The notes beneath the pieces were generated by a model. That model worked only from the letters and a program-made list of their open reading frames with translations. It was not told where the DNA came from and did no database searches. Position numbers and translations under genes: made by a program. From Fidelibacterota bacterium (GTDB lineage Bacteria; Fidelibacterota; Fidelibacteria; Fidelibacterales; DSDE01), in assembly GCA_046735395.1 (NCBI GenBank), contig JBJKQR010000001.1, positions 32,001 to 96,000 on the forward strand: a stretch of DNA of 64,000 bases, given 5' to 3'. Shown piece by piece: positions 19,146 to 27,847 of this stretch (the stretch's first letter is position 1; each line of letters starts with the position of its first letter).

Positions 19146-19181
19146 TCTGAGTGGGCTTCCCATCCGGGAAGCTCATTCAGA
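19146..19181. terminator. Strong hairpin between convergent genes
   Basis: TCTGAGTGGGCTTCCC-ATCC-GGGAAGCTCATTCAGA, 16-bp stem with two G-U pairs. Confidence 0.55.
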
Positions 19182-19311
19182 TACGGTATGGACGCATACG
19201 GAATGAAGCGTGGTTCGGTGATAATCCGAATATACAGAATCTTCGTTCGGGCGAATCGCCGGAATCAGGGACAATCAGAGTCCGGTTTACGAAATTCGAT
19301 TATTTTTTACT

Positions 19312-22300
19312 TTATTTGAGAAGGGTCAGCCGACGGATTTCGGATCGGTCACCCTGACGAAGTTCAAACATGTACAATCCGCTGGCAACGGGCCTGTTGA
19401 GCTGGTCACAGCCATTCCAGTTCAGTGCATATTCGCCGGATTCGGGAGTGTTGAGCTGTCCCGTCCTGACTCTCTGGCCGAGCAGGCTGTATATGGAATA
19501 GTCTACGCTTTGTCCTGATCCGGTATTGAAATGGATTTCAATATTCGAATTGAAGGGATTGGGATAACAGGCGGTGATGGCGAATTTTTCCGGAAGGGCC
19601 GGGCTGTCCATGCCGCTCAGATCCGATTCGAACCAGGTGAGAATGCTGCTCATCAGTGTCCCGCGTACGGATTCATTCTGAATGCTTTCGAAGGGAAAGC
19701 CGAGGTAGACCAGCCGTCCGGGTTGAGTTCCGCCCGGAAAAGTGCCCTCAAAGGTCACGCCGGCGGTACCGTTGCTTTCGGTATAACCGCTGTATACACA
19801 GAGGCTTTTCGCGCCGTTCTGGGGTGTGAGTACATCGGGCCACTGGACGTTTATGCCACGGACGCTTCCGTTCGAATATGTCAATGATGACGGAAAGCTG
19901 AAAACAGGGTTTGCAGCTGCGCCTGCGCTGTAGCAGGAGGCCTGTACGTTACCGGGTGCGTCATATTTGTAGGCTGCTTTCAGATAATTGTGAATAAAAT
20001 CCTTATCCTGCTGATTATCGCCCTTGTAATCCAGATCCCAGGCGATTTCCGAACCGGATACAAGCAGACAGCCACCCTGTTTGAGGTAATTGGCGTATAA
20101 AGTCTGTTCGGCTGATGAGAAGGTCTGATCGGCTGTGCTCTCATCTCCCAGAAAGAGCAGGACTTCGTCGTAATCATTCAGGCTGAAAAGCCCCTGAAGC
20201 AGCGCTTCGTTGGAACAGGCGTCGAAGGCCCTGTCCAGAGTCGCGGACGCGTATTCACGAATGAAATCATAGCTGTTGCCGGCAGATCCTCTGTCAAATC
20301 CGTCCACTACGAGAATGGACGCTGATGAACCGGTACTTCTGCAGGCACTCACATGCGAAGCAGGCGATGCGGCAATCGCATTGGTGAGCCTGTATTTGCA
20401 GTACAGAAGTCCGTTTGCGTCAGCAGAAAAAGCGGCCGGAAGGGCTGTAATTCGTTCAGACGGATCGAAATTCACGCCGTCGGAACTGAGCTCCACATCG
20501 GCAGATAAACCCGAACTCAGGGGCAGGGCTGTGAGAAGAATTTCTCCGTTGTCATTCTGTCTCATGCCATACCCGGAGGGTGCAGAAGGTGCACTGACGC
20601 CGTTGTAGTTATAGGCAGCCTGAGACATGGGGCCGCTTTCATTGGAGATGATCGTATAATTCTGGGAATTGGTGGCTGTATTCTTTACCGTATTTTCACC
20701 TATATCAATGAGCAGGGTTCCGGACAGCAGCCGGATGCCGTGGCTGTAGTCCACATAGGATCCGATATGAATATTTGTCACTGGCTGAATGGCTATGCCC
20801 GTCAGATAATGCCAGCCATAAATGACAACATGGCCCGGACGGGTCGGATCCGTGATTCTATTGGAAATAACCACATCCTTTTTCAGGCCGCTGGCCAGCA
20901 TTCCCAGATCGTAGCCTCCTGCAACCCGCGCCGAATCAATATCGTGATTGTGCCGGACGAACTGAGCAACTTTTTCATTATTGCTGCCGACCGGAGCATA
21001 GAAGATCGGGTCCAGTTTCATTTCGGCTTTCTGCCAGATCAGGTCTACTAATTTCGGAGTCGGCAGACTCATACCGAAACGGTCAGCCAGCAGCTGCGCG
21101 CTTTCCGGGCCCATGGGCATGCGGCAGTAATCGTCATCCGATCCGATGGTCAGATAATCCGGCAGCACCCAGAAGGCGAAATTGTGAGAGCCCCCGGAGG
21201 CATCCTGTCCTTCCGAACTCACATACTTGATTTTTCTCAGAAAATTCGGGATGTTGCCCTGGGAAATTTCCCGGACGATGATGGGCTCGCGATCCTCGAA
21301 ACTGAGATTCTCAATTTCGCTGATGATCTGGCTGGCGCCGGCCATGTCCGGGCTTCGCGGAGGAATTCCGGGCAGAGAGGGAGCCGCGACAGCGCTTTCG
21401 ATATAGTCGCTGTAGGCCCGGCCCAGGTAATAGACATAATCCTGATCATGATAATCCGTACCCCAGAGCATGGATTCGATAAAGCCGTTCCGCTCCACCT
21501 GCACGGTATGCAGGATGATGCGATCGGGATTTTTTTTCAGATACACACAGATCTGGCCGTTATCTGCAAAATGCGTGAAAAAACTGTCATTTTCACTGCT
21601 GGTGAAGCTGAAGCTTTCAGCCAGATCCCGCTGCATCCATTTGCTGCGGTACCAGGTTCCGCCGGTGGCAGAGACGATGGGGGCACCGTTGTAGAGCGCG
21701 ATGCTGTCGTTATAGGCCATGACGGTCAGAAAATGCTCCGGTGAGGCCTGCAGCCAGGTTGTGAGCTGAGTGCCGTAATGGGTATCATAGCCGTAATCAC
21801 TGTCGAGAAAGGAAATGCGCTTCAGATAGTCCGGCAGAACCGGATAGGCATCCATCCAGGAAAAGATGAAGCGGCCGCCACCGCTGTGCGAACTCAGTGT
21901 CAGCACCGGATCATAGTCCCGGAATAATGACATCAGATAATCACTGAGCTGTTTGAGGATCTCGGTATAATCACTGTGGGCACCGGTCCAGGTCGGCCAG
22001 CTCTTCTGTGCCGCTTCCAGGTAAACCAGTACCTGATTCCGGTCCGTATCATGCCGGCGGATAAAACGCATCTGGGCGCCGATATGCTGGATGTCATAAT
22101 GCCAGTCATCTCCGCTTTCCAGAATTTTGCCTTCCGTCTGTTCGATCGTATTGCCGTTCGGCAGGGCAAAGAGGATGAGCTCAACCGGCTTATTCGGATC
22201 AAAATCCGCAGCCGGTCCCATATTGATGCGGATCCTGATATCCTGGCCATACTGGAAGGTTACAGCCTGTTCGTTGAAATAAGGTGAAGGGTAGAGGCCC

Positions 22301-22392
22301 GGATAACAGTCCGCGACCTGAGCATTTCCGGTTGTGAATGGGAATAATATTAGCGATAGAAGCGTCAGGACATTCATGAAATTGCGTCTCAT
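19312..22392 (-). CDS. Large secreted multi-domain protein with FlgD/T9SS-type C-terminal sorting domain
   Basis: Signal peptide; SHSGGG hydrolase-like elbow; C-terminal YPNPFN...IYSLLGQRVR...WNG.D.....ASGLY......RLTLLK. Confidence 0.85.
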   Translation of the reverse strand: MRRNFMNVLTLLSLILFPFTTGNAQVADCYPGLYPSPYFNEQAVTFQYGQDIRIRINMGPAADFDPNKPVELILFALPNGNTIEQTEGKILESGDDWHYDIQHIGAQMRFIRRHDTDRNQVLVYLEAAQKSWPTWTGAHSDYTEILKQLSDYLMSLFRDYDPVLTLSSHSGGGRFIFSWMDAYPVLPDYLKRISFLDSDYGYDTHYGTQLTTWLQASPEHFLTVMAYNDSIALYNGAPIVSATGGTWYRSKWMQRDLAESFSFTSSENDSFFTHFADNGQICVYLKKNPDRIILHTVQVERNGFIESMLWGTDYHDQDYVYYLGRAYSDYIESAVAAPSLPGIPPRSPDMAGASQIISEIENLSFEDREPIIVREISQGNIPNFLRKIKYVSSEGQDASGGSHNFAFWVLPDYLTIGSDDDYCRMPMGPESAQLLADRFGMSLPTPKLVDLIWQKAEMKLDPIFYAPVGSNNEKVAQFVRHNHDIDSARVAGGYDLGMLASGLKKDVVISNRITDPTRPGHVVIYGWHYLTGIAIQPVTNIHIGSYVDYSHGIRLLSGTLLIDIGENTVKNTATNSQNYTIISNESGPMSQAAYNYNGVSAPSAPSGYGMRQNDNGEILLTALPLSSGLSADVELSSDGVNFDPSERITALPAAFSADANGLLYCKYRLTNAIAASPASHVSACRSTGSSASILVVDGFDRGSAGNSYDFIREYASATLDRAFDACSNEALLQGLFSLNDYDEVLLFLGDESTADQTFSSAEQTLYANYLKQGGCLLVSGSEIAWDLDYKGDNQQDKDFIHNYLKAAYKYDAPGNVQASCYSAGAAANPVFSFPSSLTYSNGSVRGINVQWPDVLTPQNGAKSLCVYSGYTESNGTAGVTFEGTFPGGTQPGRLVYLGFPFESIQNESVRGTLMSSILTWFESDLSGMDSPALPEKFAITACYPNPFNSNIEIHFNTGSGQSVDYSIYSLLGQRVRTGQLNTPESGEYALNWNGCDQLNRPVASGLYMFELRQGDRSEIRRLTLLK

Positions 22393-22495
22393 ACAGAGTT
22401 ACTCCTTGTCTTTTTATGAGGATAGGTTTTTGCTTAGCATAAATCAGTCGTGATGGGAAATGACAGCCTTTTCAATAATTGGAAATAAGGATGAT

Positions 22496-23047
22496 TCACG
22501 GTTCAATCTTTTGTTGAAGAATACCGCGCAGTTCGTTTTCGTCACCGTCGTGATAGCCGGTGTGTGAATATTTTATGACGCCGTCCGCGCCGATGACATA
22601 CAGGGACGGGAGGGAAGCCTGGTTGGATTCGTCTGCCACACCATATTTTTTTGCTGTCACACCGAAATGGTCCAGAAGGACCGGCAGATCAAAAGCCATG
22701 CTGTCCAGAAAAGACCGGACCAGCTGCCTGTCTTCACTCACATTCACCAGATAAAACATGATATCCGGAAATTCCTTCTGCAATTCGATCAATTTGGGAA
22801 TTTCTCCGCGGCAGGGGATACACCAGGTGGCAAAGAAACTGATTACCAGCGCGTCGGGAGCCTTGTCTCCCGCTTTTTCTCCTACTGTCTTTGAAAGAAA
22901 AAAGGAATTATTGTCCATATCACGGAGGTAGAATCCCGGGGCGGCCGTGCCCGGATTCAACAGGTTCGCGGCCAGAGCATGAATTGCAGCAAAAACGGCC
23001 AATAGTGCAATTACAGCCCATTTTACATATTTATTTCCAGACTTCAA
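22496..23047 (-). CDS. TlpA/ResA-like thiol-disulfide oxidoreductase
   Basis: FFATWCIPCRGEIP; N-terminal anchor. Confidence 0.9.
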   Translation of the reverse strand: MKSGNKYVKWAVIALLAVFAAIHALAANLLNPGTAAPGFYLRDMDNNSFFLSKTVGEKAGDKAPDALVISFFATWCIPCRGEIPKLIELQKEFPDIMFYLVNVSEDRQLVRSFLDSMAFDLPVLLDHFGVTAKKYGVADESNQASLPSLYVIGADGVIKYSHTGYHDGDENELRGILQQKIEP

Positions 23048-23098
23048 GGATTTGCCTTCTTCCCAGATTTACCTATTCTGTTTAGACTTAATATTTAT

Positions 23099-24505
23099 TC
23101 AATTATTCCAGTTCCGGCTGCTGCGGAATTTCCGGTCCGCATTGATGGCGGCGATTTTGTAACATTCGGCAAGGGTGGGATAATTAAAGACCGAGTTCAG
23201 GAAATAATCCAGGCCACCTTCAAAAAACATGACGGCCTGGGCGATATGGATCAGTTCCGTTGCTTCGCTGCCCAGGATGTGGACGCCCAGCAATTTTCGG
23301 CTTTCCTGATGAAAGAGCATTTTCATGTATCCCGTCCGGTCTTCGATGATTTCTCCCTTGGCGATCTCGCGATAATAGGCCACACCTGTCACATAGGGTG
23401 TCTTTTGCGCGCTGAGCTCCTCTTCGTTCAGCCCGACGTAGGCAATTTCCGGAATGCTGTAGATCCCGAAGGGAAAATTCCCGAACTGGCTTTCCATCTT
23501 TCCGGTACAGGCATGCTGAGCAGCCCGGCGCCCCTGCTCGAGGGAGGTGGATGCCAGGGAGGGGAAGCCGATCACGTCCCCCACGGCATAAATATGCTCC
23601 AGCTCCGTCCGGAAATTTTCATCAACCGTAAATAGTCCTCTCTCGCTGACGTTCAGCCCCGCCTTTTCAGGGAGAAGGCTGTGCCCGCTTCCGCTGCGTC
23701 CGGATGCCACCAGCATGAGGTCTGCCGAGAGCCGCTTCCCGGATTGAAGAATGACGCGTGGCTTTCCCTGGTCATCAAAGGTGATCTGATCGATTTCTTC
23801 CTGAAGCTGAAGACGAACCTTGTTTTCACGTAAATGATAACTGAGTTTGTCGGTAATTTCGCGGTCAATGAAGCCGAAAAGCTGTGAAGAACGGCTGATA
23901 ACCGTCACCTCCACATCCAGAATACTGAAGATGGATGCATACTCGATCCCGATGACCCCTGCACCCAGAATGATCAGATGTTTGGGCAGGGTACTCAGGC
24001 TCATGATCTGATCCGAATCAATGAGAGTCGTATCATTGAAGGGAAGTTCAGCGGGACGGTAGGCATTGGTTCCAGTTGCGAGGATGAATTTTTCACCGCG
24101 AATAATGACGGTTTCTGAAAAGCCCTCAATCTCAATATGGTGGTCATCTATGAAGCGAGCCTGCCCGTGCAGAACATCAATGTGATAACGATGGAAATGC
24201 TCCTGAATGACATTCAGTTCGGATGTGATCACGTGGTTGGTGCGGTAGCGTAAATCCTCGATAGTGATACTGTCCTTCACCCGGTAATTTCGGCCGTAAA
24301 GGGATTTCAGAGTATTTCCTGAAAAATACAAGGCAGCTTCCCGAAGTGTCTTACTCGGGATGGTGCCGGTATGCAGGCAGACTCCGCCCACCACTTCCCG
24401 GCGTTCGATGACCGCAACACTGCGGCCGTATTTGGATGCTTCGATGGCAGCTTTCTGCCCGGCGGGCCCGCTGCCGATGACAACGATATCGTATTCTTCC
24501 TTCAT
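23099..24505 (-). CDS. sthA: Soluble (Si-specific) NAD(P)+ transhydrogenase
   Basis: GSGPAG, GGVCLHTGTIPSKTLRE (single Cys), GAGVIG, FNYPTLAECYK; start refined to ATG 24505. Confidence 0.9.
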   Translation of the reverse strand: MKEEYDIVVIGSGPAGQKAAIEASKYGRSVAVIERREVVGGVCLHTGTIPSKTLREAALYFSGNTLKSLYGRNYRVKDSITIEDLRYRTNHVITSELNVIQEHFHRYHIDVLHGQARFIDDHHIEIEGFSETVIIRGEKFILATGTNAYRPAELPFNDTTLIDSDQIMSLSTLPKHLIILGAGVIGIEYASIFSILDVEVTVISRSSQLFGFIDREITDKLSYHLRENKVRLQLQEEIDQITFDDQGKPRVILQSGKRLSADLMLVASGRSGSGHSLLPEKAGLNVSERGLFTVDENFRTELEHIYAVGDVIGFPSLASTSLEQGRRAAQHACTGKMESQFGNFPFGIYSIPEIAYVGLNEEELSAQKTPYVTGVAYYREIAKGEIIEDRTGYMKMLFHQESRKLLGVHILGSEATELIHIAQAVMFFEGGLDYFLNSVFNYPTLAECYKIAAINADRKFRSSRNWNN

Positions 24506-24717
24506 GCCGTTTTCCGTATCTGTTCGAATCAATATACTGCTTTTGAACCCAGCATGGCAATCATGGATTTTCCGCATATGCTGAAAGGGAATTCCGTCTT
24601 ACAGCTTCCGTATCCTATCCTTCAGCAGCCTTATCCCGGAATGAAAAATAAATAATTAATTATTTAGGGAACTATTCAGTCTCTTTTTTGCTATAATACG
24701 AAAAAAGTGGAGTTCAT

Positions 24718-24987
24718 ATGTATGGATTTAATTCGCTTGGGAAGGACGTGATTCAAAAGCCGGCCAGAGTTCTGATGATTTTCATGTTTTCTTTTCTTGT
24801 CCTGTCCTGTTCAAATAACACCGGGCCCTATAACCCGCCTTCCAGCCATACGGTAAATAAGAACGGGATTCTGCACAGGCCCGGCCTCACTGATCCGCTG
24901 ACTAACTGTGTATCCTGTCATGGCAGTGACCTGAAGGGGGGCAATGTCGGCGTATCCTGCACCGAATGCCACGGGAAAAAATGGTGA
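24718..24987 (+). CDS. Small diheme cytochrome c lipoprotein
   Basis: Lipobox LVLSC; CVSCH and CTECH heme-binding motifs; two additional His. Confidence 0.75.
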   Translation: MYGFNSLGKDVIQKPARVLMIFMFSFLVLSCSNNTGPYNPPSSHTVNKNGILHRPGLTDPLTNCVSCHGSDLKGGNVGVSCTECHGKKW

Positions 24988-25264
24988 TGTCTGCCGGCCA
25001 TATTTGAATAGGATAAGATCTATTATCCATAAGGACAAACCTGTTCCTGCTTTTCGTGTGGAACAGGTTTTTTCACAATTGCATTTTTATGAAAATTATC
25101 AGGCTCCGAAATGGCTGCCGGGCCGCTTTGCATCGTGGGTGAACTGACCTGTTCTTTATGAAAAACGGAGCTTATTTTCCTTTTCTAATTCTTGCTTTTA
25201 AAAAACAAATTGTGTAGCTTCACCGCGATTATGCAAAGAGCTTATCGGAAATACAGGAGATAGA

Positions 25265-25783
25265 ATGAATATGAAGAGTTTTTTAATGTCCGTCCTCTGG
25301 GTCGCACTGTTTGTCAGTCTGGGCGCAATGTACTGGTATCAGACCTCGTTTGATTCACGCCTGATTGATATGAACAAAAGAGCAGCCAACATCGAAGACA
25401 AATATCAGGGGTTCACGGATCGAATTCACAACCTCGAAGTCAAGTTTGAGGGACGGGCCAAACATGTACGGCAGAACCAGCAGGGAATTAAAAAACTGAA
25501 CGAAGATCTGAATGATTTCCGTCAGCAGCATCGTCAGGATCTGTATCTGGTGAATTCCAGAATTGATTCAACCGGCGACGTGATGAACGCCGACCGCAAG
25601 AATAGCGAATTTCAGGTTGAAAGCCTTAAAAAAGCGATCGCCGCTCTGAAGAGCCAGGTAAGTCAGACTAATATCACGACTCGGAATGAACTCAATAAGC
25701 TTACCCGTGATCTTGAAAGTGTTACGAAACGGGTTGACAATGCTGAAATCGCAATCGAAGGCAAAGTTGACAAGAAAAAATAA
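25265..25783 (+). CDS. Membrane-anchored coiled-coil hypothetical protein
   Basis: One N-terminal TM segment then heptad-rich sequence; AGGAG RBS. Confidence 0.75.
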   Translation: MNMKSFLMSVLWVALFVSLGAMYWYQTSFDSRLIDMNKRAANIEDKYQGFTDRIHNLEVKFEGRAKHVRQNQQGIKKLNEDLNDFRQQHRQDLYLVNSRIDSTGDVMNADRKNSEFQVESLKKAIAALKSQVSQTNITTRNELNKLTRDLESVTKRVDNAEIAIEGKVDKKK

Positions 25784-25802
25784 GTTACTTTGAATAAGAT
25801 CT

Positions 25803-25830
25803 GCAAAACGCTCCGTATGGAGCGTTTTGT
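25803..25830 (+). terminator. Probable intrinsic terminator hairpin
   Basis: CAAAACGCTCC-GTAT-GGAGCGTTTTG followed by T-rich sequence. Confidence 0.55.
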
Positions 25831-25848
25831 GTTTAGGAGGATGAAAAT

Positions 25849-27357
25849 ATGGCATGGTTGAAACAGATAGAAGCAGTATCTGCCTCATTCGAGGCCGTTC
25901 AGGATGAAGCGCTGATTATTCCTGTCTTTCAACAGGACGCGCTCCCCGAATCACTGAAAAAACTGGATGAGGCGAATCAGCATCTGCTTAGTAAAAGTAT
26001 ATCCGGTGAATTCTTCAAGGCAAAGGGAAAATCCGTCGTCACGCTGGTCGCTCTGCAGGATTCCCTCCGTTATATCATTCTGACCGGCCTGGGGAAAAAG
26101 GAAAGTATGGGAGCAGAGGACCTGAGAAAGGCCATCGGGCTGGCTGTGAAGGAAGTACTGCGCCTGAAAGTGAAATCGGCCACTGTGCTGGATACCTTTT
26201 CCTCTGCCATGTCCCTGAAAATAGCTAAAGTAGCCCGGTATACCGCCTTTGCTGCGACCGTTGCCAGCTACAGCTTCACCGTCTATAACCGGGAAAAACG
26301 GGACACAGAGACGGCATTCGAAAAAATGACTGTTCTCATTGACGGCAATATGGAACAATGGAAATCCGGTATTACGGTTGGCCAGGCCATTGGCGAGGGA
26401 AATTGCCTTGCCCGTGATCTGGGAAATCATCCCGGAAATGTGGCGACGCCCTCATTTCTCGCCGAAACAGCCAGAAGTTTTTCGACCGATCCCAAAATGC
26501 AGGTTCAGGTATTTAACCGCAAGGAAATCGAAAAGTTGGGCATGGGCGGACTGGGCGGTGTGTCCGCAGGAAGTAAGGAAGAACCCCGCTTCATTCTGCT
26601 CAATTATCAGGGCGGCAAAAAGAATGACAAGCCCGTCGCACTGGTAGGCAAGGGGCTGACCTTTGATTCGGGCGGAATCAGTCTAAAACCCGGTGCCGGT
26701 ATGGATGAAATGAAATTTGATATGCTGGGTGGCGCTGCCGTGCTGGGAATCATGAAAGCCGTTTCCCTGCTTCAGCCAGAGCTGAATGTTGTAGCTGCCG
26801 TACCGGCCACGGATAACATGCCGGATGGCGGCAGTCTGAGGCCGGGAGACATCATCACCGCCTACAACGGGAAAACCATTGAAGTCCTGAATACCGATGC
26901 GGAGGGACGTCTGATTCTGGCGGACGGCCTTGCCTATCTGTCCGACGTGTACAAACCGCGGATGATGTTTGATTTTGCAACGCTCACAGGAGCTGTTCTT
27001 GTTGCGCTGGGCCATGAAGCCACCGGGATCATGGGAAACGACGAGGAACTGATCGGGAAAATTCGAAAATCCGCGGATCAGTGCGGTGAAAGGGTGTGGC
27101 CGCTGCCCATTTACCCGGAATTCACGGAAGCCATAAAATCAGATATCGCGGATGTGAAGAATATCGGGCCTGCGCGGCTAGCCGGATCTGCCACTGCAGC
27201 AGCTTTTCTGCAGGAATTTGTGGGTGAACATATCCCCTGGGTTCATTTCGATATCGCCGGAACGGCGGATATGGACAAGGAGACCCCTCTCCAGCCAAAA
27301 GGACCCAGCGGAGTCGGTATCGCGCTGGTCATGGAATATTTATTGGATTCACTATAA
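25849..27357 (+). CDS. pepA: Leucyl aminopeptidase (M17)
   Basis: GKGLTFDSGG, MKFDM.G, NTDAEGRL.LAD, ATLTGA. Confidence 0.95.
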   Translation: MAWLKQIEAVSASFEAVQDEALIIPVFQQDALPESLKKLDEANQHLLSKSISGEFFKAKGKSVVTLVALQDSLRYIILTGLGKKESMGAEDLRKAIGLAVKEVLRLKVKSATVLDTFSSAMSLKIAKVARYTAFAATVASYSFTVYNREKRDTETAFEKMTVLIDGNMEQWKSGITVGQAIGEGNCLARDLGNHPGNVATPSFLAETARSFSTDPKMQVQVFNRKEIEKLGMGGLGGVSAGSKEEPRFILLNYQGGKKNDKPVALVGKGLTFDSGGISLKPGAGMDEMKFDMLGGAAVLGIMKAVSLLQPELNVVAAVPATDNMPDGGSLRPGDIITAYNGKTIEVLNTDAEGRLILADGLAYLSDVYKPRMMFDFATLTGAVLVALGHEATGIMGNDEELIGKIRKSADQCGERVWPLPIYPEFTEAIKSDIADVKNIGPARLAGSATAAAFLQEFVGEHIPWVHFDIAGTADMDKETPLQPKGPSGVGIALVMEYLLDSL

Positions 27358-27413
27358 AATTCTTTGCCCCTCACAAAAGAATGCTGTAAATTACGCCGCT
27401 TTTTGAGAAGCTT

Positions 27414-27487
27414 GGCGAAGTAGCTCAGTCGGTTAGAGCAGCGGAATCATAATCCGCGTGTCCGGGGTTCGAGTCCCTGCTTCGCTA
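27414..27487 (+). tRNA. tRNA with CAT anticodon, probably elongator tRNA-Met (Ile2 not excluded)
   Basis: GGCGAAG/CTTCGCT acceptor stem, TAGCTCAG D-arm, GCGGA-ATCATAA-TCCGC anticodon arm, GTTCGAG T-loop; CCA not encoded. Confidence 0.93.
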
Positions 27488-27512
27488 CTCATTTCTAAAT
27501 GGCGTTTTTAAT

Positions 27513-27545
27513 AAAGCCCTCTGATACTCAGAGGGCTTTTTGTTT
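27513..27545 (+). terminator. Rho-independent terminator after tRNA-Met
   Basis: AAAGCCCTCTGA-TAC-TCAGAGGGCTTT then T-run. Confidence 0.85.
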
Positions 27546-27847
27546 AACCAGATAATATATACTTACGGATAACAGACCAGTTCTGTAAATAACTGCGACA
27601 CCTGAACTGCGCTGCTCCGGGGGAGTCGCACCCGAGACGGTAAAAGCAATTCAACGGAAGATAACTACTATTTAAGTATATATTAAATATGACACAAAAC
27701 AAAATAAAATATGAAAATCGAGGCTGCATCTGGTTTTTTGCGGAAAAAATAGTTATAATTTTACGCCGTGATATCAGCGGTGAAGGTCCAATCCAATGTA
27801 AATCGGTATGAACATAGTTCGGAAATCCTTTCAACCAGGAGGTGGCT

